In this document: one piece after another, positions 31,807-41,375 of the stretch
Layout of the letters: each line of letters opens with the position of its first letter
How positions within the stretch are numbered: the stretch's first letter is position 1
Source of the DNA: Ostreococcus lucimarinus
Taxonomy: Eukaryota
Assembly: GCA_000092065.1 (NCBI GenBank)
Contig: CP000595.1
Strand: one strand, 5' to 3'
Length of the DNA stretch: 64,000 nt
Notes under the pieces: generated by a model
Databases searched by the model: none
What the model saw: the letters and a program-made list of their open reading frames with translations, nothing else
What the model was told of the DNA's origin: nothing
Translations under genes and position numbers: made by a program

Positions 31807-32763
31807 TTGTCGTCGCCTCGACGCCGCCGTCGCGAGCCGTCGGCCGTCGCCGCGCGTCACAGCGCGGCGCTCCATCGCATGCGCGCGACGACGCACGCGA
31901 CGACGTCGATCGCGATGCAAGGAACTAACGGCGCGCGCGACGCGACGGCGACGGCGCACAACGGCGGCGCACAACGACGCGCGGCGACCGCGCCGGCGCA
32001 CGCACAAGATGGCGAAACCGCGACGACGATGCGGACGACCGAAGGCGCGCGGCACCGCGTCATCTTCTTCGACTGCGACGATTGCCTGTACAAGAACGAT
32101 TGGCGCACGGCCAACGTGCTGACGGCGAAGATTGAGTCGTACACGACGCAGAGGTTGGGTCTGCGAGACGGCGACGCGTACGCGCTGTACAAAAAATACG
32201 GCACGTGCCTAAAGGGATTGATGGAGGAGAAGTACCTGGACACGCAGGAACACTTGGATGAATTTTTACACTACGCGCACGATATACCGTTGGATATTGA
32301 GCGAGACGAGAAGCTTCGAGCGATGCTGCTGAAGATTAAGACGCCAAAGTGGGTATTTACGGCGTCCGTCGCGGCGCACGCGCGGCGGTGTTTAGAGAAG
32401 TTAGGAATCGATGATTTATTCGAAGGAATCATAGACGTTCGCGCGGTGGGGTGGGAAACGAAACATTCGCCTCGAGCGTACGAAGCGGCGATGCGAATCG
32501 CGGGCGTGGACGACCCGTCCGATTGTCTGTTTTTGGACGATAGCGTGAGCAATATGCGCACCGCGCGCGAGGTCGGATGGACGAACGTGCTGGTCGGTAC
32601 GCACGCTCGAGATGGAGGAGAGCTCATCACGTGCGATCATGCCGATCACATCATCGCCACCGTGCACGAGTTCGAGGCGCTCATGCCAGAACACTTTGAC
32701 GAAATCGAAGACGCGGCTCCGGGCAAGCGCGAAGAGGACGCCGTGCCTGGAGCGCCCAACTGA
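31807..32763 (+). CDS. HAD-superfamily hydrolase, SDT1/pyrimidine 5-prime-nucleotidase-like
   Basis: HAD motif I FFDCDDCLY, motif III/IV region FLDDSVSNMRTAREVGW. The start is uncertain within the first roughly 70 codons. Confidence 0.7.
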   Translation: MSSPRRRRREPSAVAARHSAALHRMRATTHATTSIAMQGTNGARDATATAHNGGAQRRAATAPAHAQDGETATTMRTTEGARHRVIFFDCDDCLYKNDWRTANVLTAKIESYTTQRLGLRDGDAYALYKKYGTCLKGLMEEKYLDTQEHLDEFLHYAHDIPLDIERDEKLRAMLLKIKTPKWVFTASVAAHARRCLEKLGIDDLFEGIIDVRAVGWETKHSPRAYEAAMRIAGVDDPSDCLFLDDSVSNMRTAREVGWTNVLVGTHARDGGELITCDHADHIIATVHEFEALMPEHFDEIEDAAPGKREEDAVPGAPN

Positions 32764-32936
32764 CGTCGCAGACGAACGAGCGACTGAATGAGTGAGCGAC
32801 TTAACTTACTAAATATATTTGAATTGATAACAAGAAGCCATGGCGGTGCGCATGCCTTTCGCACCTCACTCAAGCGCGCGCCTTCCCAAAAGTCCGCGAG
32901 CGCGACGCCGCCGCACTTCACCTCGCGCCCTCGAAC

Positions 32937-33578
32937 GTGCCCCACGCGCGCGCCTCGACGATGGATTGTTGCGCACGCGTCGACGCGCGCGTATCCGCGC
33001 GCGAGGCACCCTCGCACGCGCGAACGCGACGCCTTCGTCCTCGCCACCATTTTTCGGCAAGCTCGACTTTGACGCGTCGCACGCGCGCGCGCGTGGCGTT
33101 CGCGCGCGCATCGAGCGACGACGGCGTCGCGAGTGACGTCGTTGGAGTCGTCGTCGTCGATCACGGCTCGCGCCGCGCGGCGTCGAACGAGCAGCTCGAA
33201 CGGTTTGCGGCGCTGTACGCGACGGCGACGGGACGCGCCGTCGTCGAGCCGGCGCACATGGAGCTCGCACCACCGACGATCGCAGATGCGTTCGAGCGGT
33301 GCGTCGAACGAGGAGCGAACGTGGTCGTCGTGGCGCCTTTTTTTCTGTCGCCGGGACGACACTGGCAGGAGGACATACCGAGACTGGTGGACGAGGCGGC
33401 GGCGGCGCACCCTGGGGTGAAGTATTTAATCTCTGCACCGATAGGGTTGCATCCGCTTATGGCGGAGGTGATCGATTCGCGTTTGAGGCATTGTTTAGCG
33501 CACGTGAATGAAGGTGGACCAGAGTGTGATGTTTGTGCGGGGTCAAAGTTTGGGTGCGAGCTTCGGCGAACGAGTTAG
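32937..33578 (+). CDS. SIRB: Sirohydrochlorin ferrochelatase (SirB, CbiX-type) with C-terminal Cys cluster, plastid-targeted
   Basis: CbiX-small fold motifs (VVVDHGSRR, VEPAHMEL, FFLSPGRHW) and a C-terminal CxxC...C cluster (CDVCAGSKFGC) as in plant SirB, preceded by an R-rich transit peptide. Confidence 0.75.
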   Translation: MPHARASTMDCCARVDARVSAREAPSHARTRRLRPRHHFSASSTLTRRTRARVAFARASSDDGVASDVVGVVVVDHGSRRAASNEQLERFAALYATATGRAVVEPAHMELAPPTIADAFERCVERGANVVVVAPFFLSPGRHWQEDIPRLVDEAAAAHPGVKYLISAPIGLHPLMAEVIDSRLRHCLAHVNEGGPECDVCAGSKFGCELRRTS

Positions 33579-33680
33579 CGAGAGCAGAAATAGCCGACGG
33601 CGTTTGTCGTTACATGTTCTTTCCTAGTAAGCGTAAGCGTAGCGCAGATGTACAAAAAAGATGCGAATTTATTTTTTTTT

Positions 33681-36600
33681 CTATTTTCTTGCCGCGTGGT
33701 ACAGCTCAATGTAATCCAACGCGGGTCTGTTCCATGAGAAATCGCACGACATGCAGTTTGCTTGCAAGGCGTGGAATTTTTCTATGTCGTTGTAGAACAG
33801 ATCAATGGCACGGTTCAACGCGTAGTCAATATCGTGCGCTTCTGTACCGTCGAACTGAAATCCATTCGGTGTCATTCCTTCCCATTCAGCCTTGGCGTGA
33901 TCGTGATCGTAATCAAATACAGTGTCCGCGAGACCGCCCGTACGACGAACGACGGGAACGGTGCCATATCGCATCGCAATGAGCTGAGATAAACCACACG
34001 GTTCGAACATCGACGGCACGAGAATCATATCGGAACCAGCGTAGATCAGGTGCGATAACGGTTCGTCAAAGTACAAGTGCAAGGCGGCATCGTTGAAATG
34101 GTTCTGTTTCAAAGCATTCGCCATGTCTTCAAACTCGCGCTGCACGTTCGGATCCGGGGCGCTTCCGAGCAGCACGACCTGACAACCTCGCTCGAGCGCT
34201 TTGAAAATGGCGTGCTTGATCAGATGAATTCCTTTTTGATGCGTAAGACGCGTTACGACGCCGATGAGCGGTACGTCGCTCTTGTTTGAAATGTTACTCC
34301 TCGAGCACAAAGCTGCGCGACAAGCCGCCTTGCCTTCAGCAACTGTGTCTATCTCATATGATACCGGTAAGCACTTGTCATTCGCTGGATCCCAGATATC
34401 GGGATCGATCCCGTTCACCACGCCGTGGAATTTTTGGAGTTGATGAGAGATGGAGTCGTGACCTGAAATCTCTTGCGCGTACGATCTCGACACCGTTGTC
34501 CCAATTTGACTGTAATCCATCGCCTCGCGGATCAAGCTTTGACCAAAGTCGAGGTTGTGAATGGTGAACACCACTCGAGGGTTACCTAAGCCATAGTTGT
34601 GATAGTCTTCCCAGTACACCTTGGCCACGGGTGCGGTTTGCCAATCGTGACAGTGAATGATGTCGGGCTGTCGACCGCTTTGCAACATCCATTCCAAAGC
34701 TGCTCGACTAAAGTATCCAAATCTCTCGGCATCCGTCAAAGGAATCTCCAAGTAGTCGGTACCGTAAATCATGCCAACCTTGAACATACCATTGTCTGGA
34801 TCGATGAAGTAAGTCTTCACTCCCTCTACGGTACCGCTGAAAACGTGGTTGTAACAGCCACCCCACTGAAAGCCTTCCTCCTCCTTCAAGTCTTCGATGA
34901 GATCGTACTTGAGGACGTCGTATTTCGGAAGAACGACTTCAACTTTGTGCCCTTCCGCTTGAACAGCCAATCCGAGTGATGTGACAACATCACCAAGGCC
35001 ACCAACCTTGGCGATTGGAGCCATTTCGACGCTCACGCTCACGACGTGAAGCGGCTTCTCCACCACGGCGACACCTTTTTCATCCTTGCCTCCGATCACG
35101 GGAATGTGATAGTCCATGTTGTTACGGTTATCGTAGTGAGCTCCTTCGTGGTTTCCGTTGGAGAACACGAAATCCATCATGTACGCGTCGGTAGGGATGT
35201 TCAACTCAACTTCCATGCGCTTTTCGCCCTTGACAAGAACCTCAGTCATGGGGAGTTTGAAAGTCTTTTCGTGCGACCATCTGTTCCAACTCCCCACGAT
35301 AAACACGCGCTCAGACCCTTTGAGCGACGTGTTATTGGGATTATAGAACAGCTTCATGATTTTGCCTGCCTCCAACTGACCCGGCTCTGTGAAAAGTACA
35401 TGCTCTTGCTGCTTGAGCGTCACCGCTTGCGCCTTCGCCTTTGCCTCCGCTTTCGCCTTATCTCGCTTGTCCTTCTTGATCTTATCAGCCTTCTCTTTTG
35501 CGTGTCGAGCAGTCGTAATTTCTTGAAATCGTTGCAAAACTGAACTCATTCGCGCAATCTCGAGTTTTTGCGAAGCGTTGCGAACCGGAGCGTGGAAATC
35601 TGCGCGGTCGGCGTTGTCGTAAATGGCACCGCCGTCGCTAAAGACAAAATCCATCACAGCGGCAGTTGCAGGCACATCGACCGTCGCGATGAATGTATCA
35701 TCAGCGCCAGTAGACTTTTCCATTCGCACTTGCTCGGCACCGGTCCAGTCATTCGAGCCGTAGTGCATAACAATGGTATTTTGGCCGTGAAGAACTCTGT
35801 TGGTGGGGCAATAGCGCACCGTGACGGGCATACCGACGACTGGTACCGCAGGTTCAAGACTCCAGAGGTTGGCATCGCTCGGTGTCGAGCCGTCCAAGTG
35901 TCGCGAAATCCCAGAAAACTTGGCTGATACTTCATTCGTGGCGATTTCCCAGTCCTTCGCGGCCATCGGGATCGCCGCCGCAAGTTCCTTCGCCTCGTCA
36001 TACGCGACTTGCAGCTCAGCGGATAATTCCTGTTCCATACGGAGCTCTTCATCGAGTTCGATAGTGGAGACCGTGTTCTTTTGACTTTTGGCCAGTTCTT
36101 CGGCCGCGAGGGCTTGAAGCTTGGCTTCGGCAAGAGCAGCAGCCTTGACCTTGGCTTCGGCCTCTGCCACGGCCTTTGCCTTAGCCTCCATCTCAGCAGC
36201 GGCGGCAGCTTCAGCTTCGGCTTGAGCGGCGGCAGCTTCAGCTTGAGCTTCGGCTTGAGCGGCAGCAGCTTCGGCTTTGGCTTGAGCGGCGGCAGCTTCA
36301 GCTTGAGCTTCGGCTTGAGCGGCAGCAGCTTGAGCTTCGGCTTCGGCTTGAGCGGTTGCGGCTTGAGCTTCGGCTTCGGCTTGAGCGGCGGCAGCTTGAG
36401 CTTCGGCTTCGGCTTGAGCGGCAGCAGCTTGAGCTTCGGCTTCGGCTTGAGCGGCGGCAGCTTGAGCTTCGGCTTCGGCTTGAGCGGCGGCAGCTTGAGC
36501 TTCGGCTTCGGCTTGAGCGGCGGCAGCTTGAGCTTCGGCTTCGGCTTGAGCGGTTGCGGCTTGAGCGGCGGCTTCTGTGTTGACGGCGACGTCGATGATA

Positions 36601-37922
36601 TCTTCATCAGTTTCTTCAACTTGCACGGTTCCCATTTCGCTAGTCTTTGTCGTAGACTTGCTCAATAAGAAGGCTTTCTCAGCTTTCTCTGCCGCTCGAA
36701 GTCTAGCTTCCAATACTTCGCGTTCTTGTCGCAACTTTTTCTCTTGCATGAGAAGCTCTTTGAGAGCGGCGCTCGCTTCATCTTTTCCGCTCGTCGCGCG
36801 CTCTTCAACTTCAGTAAACTCAACGGGAGCGGGTGGCGTCTCCACAACTTCGGAGACGACGGGCTCGCATGCTGGCTTCTGCGGATCTCGTGCCTTCGCT
36901 CTCGCCTCTGCATCTGCTCTTATCTTTGCCATCTTGGCATCCACCTGCGCTCTCACTCTGGCTCGCGTGTCTGCTTTCAACTTCTCCAACGCCGCGGCTT
37001 TCTCCTCTGGTGTTTTGGCGACAAATTTCGGCGCAGTTTTCTTTGCTTTTGCGTCTTCTTTTGCCTTGGCTTCCGCGAGACGCCGCTCCTCTTCGGCGGC
37101 CTCAGCCTTGGCGGCTCTTTTAGCTTCCATCGCCGCGCGAGCTTCGCTTTCAGCCTCGGCGGCGGCGCGCGCCTCGAGCTCTCGTTGCTCAATCGCCTTT
37201 CGAGCCGCAGCCTTCTCTCGCTTCTCCCTCAACTGTCTGTTCTCCTCCTCGAGCGCTCGAAACGCCATCAAAGACTGCCGCTCCGCCTCCAGTCGCCGCA
37301 ATTCCCGCTCCATCTCAGCCTCCTCGTCGCCCTCCGCCGCGCTCGCGCTCGGCGCCATGACCACCTCCATCTTCTTCGGCACCACCCCCTGCACCCCCCC
37401 GAACGCCTCTCGCGCCCGTATCTCGCTCTTCAGCGCCGTTATCTCCCCCCGCAGCGCGCGCACGTCCGCCGCTCTCGGCGCCCCCCCGTCCTCGCTCGGC
37501 GCCAGCATCGCTCGCAGCGTCGTCTCCAGCCCCTCCAACCGCGTTCGCAGTTCCTCCGTCGCGCTCCCTCGCGCGTCGTCCGTCACCGCGCGCGTCATCG
37601 CCCGCTCCCGTCGCCCGTCGTCGCGTCGTCGCGTCCCCGTCGTCGCGCCTTTTCGCATCCATCGCGTTTCCGTCGCGTTCGCGCGCGTTCGCCCCCTCGC
37701 GCGCGCCGTCGCGACGGCGTCCGCGCGCGTCGCGATCGCCGCGCCGAGCGCCATCGCGTCGAGCGTCGCGCGTCGCGCCTTCGCGCGTCGTGCGTCGCGC
37801 GCGTCGGCGTCGCGCGCGTCTCGTCTCGCCCGGGTGTGTGGTGTGGATAACGCGGCGTCGCGCGATCGCGCGGCGTCACTATACATGGGCGTTCGTACGG
37901 CGAATCGGGCGTATAGTAACAT
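33681..37922 (-). CDS. SS3: Starch synthase III-like (GT5 catalytic domain plus three CBM53-type starch-binding modules plus coiled-coil/low-complexity N-region)
   Basis: KVGGLGDVV (KXGGL) motif and GT5/GT1 catalytic region at the C-terminus. Three repeated starch-binding modules sit upstream. The N-half holds coiled-coil plus an (AQAEAEAQAAAA)n repeat array. The annotated first ATG lies inside a tandem repeat, so the true start is uncertain. Confidence 0.85.
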   Translation of the reverse strand: MLLYARFAVRTPMYSDAARSRDAALSTPHTRARRDARDADARDARRAKARRATLDAMALGAAIATRADAVATARARGRTRANATETRWMRKGATTGTRRRDDGRRERAMTRAVTDDARGSATEELRTRLEGLETTLRAMLAPSEDGGAPRAADVRALRGEITALKSEIRAREAFGGVQGVVPKKMEVVMAPSASAAEGDEEAEMERELRRLEAERQSLMAFRALEEENRQLREKREKAAARKAIEQRELEARAAAEAESEARAAMEAKRAAKAEAAEEERRLAEAKAKEDAKAKKTAPKFVAKTPEEKAAALEKLKADTRARVRAQVDAKMAKIRADAEARAKARDPQKPACEPVVSEVVETPPAPVEFTEVEERATSGKDEASAALKELLMQEKKLRQEREVLEARLRAAEKAEKAFLLSKSTTKTSEMGTVQVEETDEDIIDVAVNTEAAAQAATAQAEAEAQAAAAQAEAEAQAAAAQAEAEAQAAAAQAEAEAQAAAAQAEAEAQAAAAQAEAEAQAATAQAEAEAQAAAAQAEAQAEAAAAQAKAEAAAAQAEAQAEAAAAQAEAEAAAAAEMEAKAKAVAEAEAKVKAAALAEAKLQALAAEELAKSQKNTVSTIELDEELRMEQELSAELQVAYDEAKELAAAIPMAAKDWEIATNEVSAKFSGISRHLDGSTPSDANLWSLEPAVPVVGMPVTVRYCPTNRVLHGQNTIVMHYGSNDWTGAEQVRMEKSTGADDTFIATVDVPATAAVMDFVFSDGGAIYDNADRADFHAPVRNASQKLEIARMSSVLQRFQEITTARHAKEKADKIKKDKRDKAKAEAKAKAQAVTLKQQEHVLFTEPGQLEAGKIMKLFYNPNNTSLKGSERVFIVGSWNRWSHEKTFKLPMTEVLVKGEKRMEVELNIPTDAYMMDFVFSNGNHEGAHYDNRNNMDYHIPVIGGKDEKGVAVVEKPLHVVSVSVEMAPIAKVGGLGDVVTSLGLAVQAEGHKVEVVLPKYDVLKYDLIEDLKEEEGFQWGGCYNHVFSGTVEGVKTYFIDPDNGMFKVGMIYGTDYLEIPLTDAERFGYFSRAALEWMLQSGRQPDIIHCHDWQTAPVAKVYWEDYHNYGLGNPRVVFTIHNLDFGQSLIREAMDYSQIGTTVSRSYAQEISGHDSISHQLQKFHGVVNGIDPDIWDPANDKCLPVSYEIDTVAEGKAACRAALCSRSNISNKSDVPLIGVVTRLTHQKGIHLIKHAIFKALERGCQVVLLGSAPDPNVQREFEDMANALKQNHFNDAALHLYFDEPLSHLIYAGSDMILVPSMFEPCGLSQLIAMRYGTVPVVRRTGGLADTVFDYDHDHAKAEWEGMTPNGFQFDGTEAHDIDYALNRAIDLFYNDIEKFHALQANCMSCDFSWNRPALDYIELYHAARK
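36190..36580. repeat. In-frame 36-nt tandem repeat array inside SS3 coding sequence (roughly 9-10 units, each encoding AQAEAEAQAAAA)
   Basis: A visible period-36 repetition (gcttgagcggcggcagcttgagcttcggcttcggcttgagcggc...) on the + strand. It translates on the minus strand to (AQAEAEAQAAAA)n. Confidence 0.85.
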
Positions 37923-38018
37923 AGCGCCGCGTCGCGCGTCGTGTCGTCAGTATACATGGGCGTTCGTACGGCGAATCGGGCGTATAGTAACATAGCGCCG
38001 CGTCGCGCGTCACATCGC
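37877..38018. repeat. Two tandem copies of a roughly 71-bp unit (about 93% identical) in the divergent promoter between SS3 and the SET-domain gene
   Basis: The first copy is 37877..37947 and the second 37948..38018; both begin with ca(c/g)tatacatgggcgttcgtacggcgaatcgggcgtatagtaacatagcgccgcgtcgcgcgtc. The unit is AT-richer than its surroundings and carries TATA-like motifs. Confidence 0.85.
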
Positions 38019-38021
38019 GCG

Positions 38022-39452
38022 ATGGCGCGCGCGTCGCGCGCGGAGCTCGCGCGGCGCGCGGTCGCGATCGCCGTCGCGGTCGCGGGCGTCGCGCTCGCGG
38101 CGACGCGCGCGAGCGACGACGCGCGCGCGACGGCGACGGCGACGGCGATCGCGACGCCGACGGCGCTCGACGCGCGATTTCTGCGATGGATGGACGCGCG
38201 CGCGCTCGCGGCGACGGACGACGCGCGAGCGCGCGGGATGGTCGTCGCGCGCGTCGAGGATTGGGAAGACGAACGCGCGGTGGGCGCGAGGCGAACGCGC
38301 GGGGCGTTTGGCGCGCGGGGAGGGAAAGGGGAGGTGGAGACGAGGATCGCGCGGGACGCGGCGCTCGAGCGCGGGGCGACGACGGCGGGCGCGGGGAAGG
38401 ATGAGTGGGCGCTGGCGATCGAATTGATGCGAGAGCGAGCGAAGGGAGGGGTGAGCGCGTACGCGCCGTTCGTGGAGTCGCTGTACGAACACACGCCGGC
38501 GAGGGCGGTGGAGACGTCGAGAGCGGCGCGCGCGCGGTTGGAGGGACACGCGGCGGCGGAGACGATGAGAGAGTACGAACGAGACGCGGAGGATGGATGG
38601 CGAGCGGCGCGAAGGACGTTTGAGACGTTTCCATCGATTTTTTCCGTTCATGAATTCACGCGCGCGGCGTTCGAGGAGGCGTTGGCGATCGTTCGCGCGA
38701 ACTCTTTCGAGGCGAGGAGCGAAGACGGGACGCGCGCGCGCGCGCTCGTGCCGATGGCGCATTTGCTTTTGCACGACACCGGGAGCGAGGTTCCGTGCGT
38801 GAAGATCGTAGACGGTGTGTTCGTCATAAACGTTGACGAGCACGAAGAGGGAGACGAGTTGTCGTGCAGTCACGGTGATTATTCCGACGCCGAGACGTTT
38901 GCACGATTCGGCGTGAGCGCGTTTTATTCAGCCGAGAAGAACGCGAGAAATAAGATAAAGTTTGCGTTTCCGAGCGAAATTTATTCCATGAAAAGCTTAG
39001 ATCGATGTGGATCCGTCGAAAATATCGCATTCACGGACGCGGGTGCGACGGAAGAGTTTATGTGCGCCTTGAGACTCGCCTCGGCGAATGAAACCGAATG
39101 GGCCGCAATCTCAAAGTCTAAAGCCAGCGTTCGAGCGCTTCGTAAGAAACCGCTGAGTGAGGAGAGCGAGATAGCGGTTTACGAAGCATTATTTGCCACG
39201 CTCACCGAGTTACTGAACTCCTACCCATCGAGCGATAACGAAGACGAGCGATTATTACAAAGTCGGACGCTGCAGTCGGCGCCCGACGAGGAGCGCGCGG
39301 TGACGATTCGTCTTCGAGAGAAACGTCTCGCGCTGAGTAGTTTGAATGCTGTCCAATACGCCGGTCGTCAACAACTCGGCGGTTTGTTGTTCGACAAGCA
39401 TTTTGCCGACGTGTTACCGTCTCCTGTCAACGTGCGGCAGACAAACGGATGA
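38022..39452 (+). CDS. SET-domain lysine methyltransferase-like protein (Rubisco LSMT/SETD3-like architecture)
   Basis: SET-like core (ALVPMAHLLLHDTG...) followed by a substrate-binding-like helical C-domain. N-terminal signal/transit-like hydrophobic stretch from Met 38022. The ORF formally opens at 37941 with GTG inside the repeat. Confidence 0.5.
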   Translation: MARASRAELARRAVAIAVAVAGVALAATRASDDARATATATAIATPTALDARFLRWMDARALAATDDARARGMVVARVEDWEDERAVGARRTRGAFGARGGKGEVETRIARDAALERGATTAGAGKDEWALAIELMRERAKGGVSAYAPFVESLYEHTPARAVETSRAARARLEGHAAAETMREYERDAEDGWRAARRTFETFPSIFSVHEFTRAAFEEALAIVRANSFEARSEDGTRARALVPMAHLLLHDTGSEVPCVKIVDGVFVINVDEHEEGDELSCSHGDYSDAETFARFGVSAFYSAEKNARNKIKFAFPSEIYSMKSLDRCGSVENIAFTDAGATEEFMCALRLASANETEWAAISKSKASVRALRKKPLSEESEIAVYEALFATLTELLNSYPSSDNEDERLLQSRTLQSAPDEERAVTIRLREKRLALSSLNAVQYAGRQQLGGLLFDKHFADVLPSPVNVRQTNG

Positions 39453-39515
39453 CGCGTGATCGAGTTGTGTTTGTAGCATAAAGATTGTATTGAAAGAATA
39501 TTTTTACTGTACAGC

Positions 39516-41180
39516 TTAATCGACATACTCAGGTACTGAGTTTAGGACTTCATCGAGCTCGGTTCTAAACTCTTCCTTGGCTCTGTTCGTTTTACCGCCG
39601 ACGACGATGGCGGTTTCCTCCTGAATGGCCCATATTTGCGAATGCGAGAGCAAGCTGAGGAACGACGTCACCATCAGCCCGGCGAACCCAGCGTATACGA
39701 GTGGAACCCCTGGATCAGTTTTCAACTCCAAGCCCGTACTTCCCTTCACGTCACCGAGCATGAGCTTGATTCCATCGACGACGATCGGTTTCTTGCTTTC
39801 AGGACGGCGGACGCCCGCAAACGCGCCCTTGCTGTCGTAAATCGCCACGCTTTGGAAATCCCGAGCGACGAGAGAAATGCCTCGCCGCTGGTCATCGTCG
39901 AAACTTAATGGTAAAAACGTGCCCCATATTCGGCCCTGAAACCCTCCTTTGCCTTCTAAAGACGCCATAGGAAGGACGTATGTGTTTTCAGTTTCTGTCT
40001 CGCCATCTGCGCCGGGCTTTGCGACAGTGACTTGCATGGATGAAAGCGCCCAATCCGTTTGATACATCGTCACCCCGCCCGCTCTCAATGGAACATTCAC
40101 TGATATCGTCTTTCTAGACATTTCTTTACCGTTGGGATCGACCACGCTCAGATCGGAATAAAATTGCGACACCTGCCCGTTCGGAAGGTAGTCAATCGTG
40201 AAATCGTTCACCTGAACGCTCGATTTCGCGATGCCAGGCATGGATGACAGCAGCGAACCGCGTGTCAAACCGGAGGCGATTTCAAATGAAGATCCATCTG
40301 GGACCATCACCGATCCACTCAGTCCTCCAAGACCGCTGTACGCCGCTCCGCCGAGGGTGAACAACAACGCCGCGTGCACGCCGATGGGCGCTAGTCGCCC
40401 TATCAATCCCTTGAACGCATACATTTTCTTCCCTTTGATGAAGACTTGATACCCGCGATCGGCTAATAAATCGCTGAAATCGCTCAGTCTGGCTCGAGGA
40501 ACAGATTCTGCCTCTTCCATGGCGAGCAAAGTCGCGCGTCTATCCAAAAATTTCCATTTGGCTGAAACTTTCCAAACGGGCCACTGCCTCGTCACCGTGC
40601 ACGCCGTCAACGACGCCCCTAAGAGGCCTAATAATCCTAAAAAGTACCACGTCGTGTAAATGTGATCCAATCCAAGGTCGAGAATCAAAGGAAAGTCTAT
40701 GAAACCAAGGCTCTTATTCTCCGTGGGATAGTTTTCGACGTACCACGCAAACGACTTGTTCTGTTCAATCACCGTCCCGAGCGCAGAGAATCCCGCGATG
40801 ACGAGCAATTCTCCTATCGCGAGTGGCAACGACGAGAGTGATTTCAGCGTCTTTTTCCCCATCGACGGCAGCTCGCGCTCGAACAGCCATTTCGAGAACG
40901 CCGCGTCGTCGCCGTCGCCGTCGCCGTCGCCGCGTCCCGGTCCGGGCGACGGCGCTCCCTTCGCCGCTCGCTCCGTCGTTTCCGGCCTTCGCGCGTTCGC
41001 GAGCGTTCGCGCACCGCGTCTCCGATCGACCGCTCGTCCGCGGACCGCGGCGCGGCGCGCGGGCGCGCGGTGCGCGGCGTTGAGCGGCGGCGACGCGAGT
41101 GCGCGACGACGCGCGCGCGCGGCGACGGCGACGACGACGGACGACGACGACGCGGGCGACGCGTACGCGCGCATGTTCAC
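39516..41180 (-). CDS. CCS1: Cytochrome c biogenesis protein CCS1 (ResB family), plastid system II
   Basis: ResB/Ccs1 conserved blocks (TMs near the N-terminus, ISVNVPLRAGGVTMYQTDW, C-terminal TM) after an R/A-rich transit peptide. Confidence 0.85.
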   Translation of the reverse strand: MNMRAYASPASSSSVVVAVAARARRRALASPPLNAAHRAPARRAAVRGRAVDRRRGARTLANARRPETTERAAKGAPSPGPGRGDGDGDGDDAAFSKWLFERELPSMGKKTLKSLSSLPLAIGELLVIAGFSALGTVIEQNKSFAWYVENYPTENKSLGFIDFPLILDLGLDHIYTTWYFLGLLGLLGASLTACTVTRQWPVWKVSAKWKFLDRRATLLAMEEAESVPRARLSDFSDLLADRGYQVFIKGKKMYAFKGLIGRLAPIGVHAALLFTLGGAAYSGLGGLSGSVMVPDGSSFEIASGLTRGSLLSSMPGIAKSSVQVNDFTIDYLPNGQVSQFYSDLSVVDPNGKEMSRKTISVNVPLRAGGVTMYQTDWALSSMQVTVAKPGADGETETENTYVLPMASLEGKGGFQGRIWGTFLPLSFDDDQRRGISLVARDFQSVAIYDSKGAFAGVRRPESKKPIVVDGIKLMLGDVKGSTGLELKTDPGVPLVYAGFAGLMVTSFLSLLSHSQIWAIQEETAIVVGGKTNRAKEEFRTELDEVLNSVPEYVD

Positions 41181-41375
41181 GACGTCGACGCCGAGGACGC
41201 TCGAGCTCGCTCGCGGCGTCGCGCGTCGTCGTGTGCGCGTCGTCGCGCGTCGGTGTCCACAACCCTGGCGCGCGCGCCGAGGCGAAACGCGGGCGCCGGA
41301 ACGCGAATGAAAGAATGAGAAATGAATTCGATGAGGAGCGCGCTAGGAAACTATGCATCTTAATCTATCTAAAAT

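Noticed and set aside
36081-38873. ORFs 36081..36668 (+), 36726..37850 (+), 37595..38494 (-) and 38010..38873 (-)
   Set aside because: They are mirror-strand or out-of-frame readings of the SS3 repeat array and coiled-coil region and of the SET-domain gene. They show GLSG/R-rich periodic artefacts.
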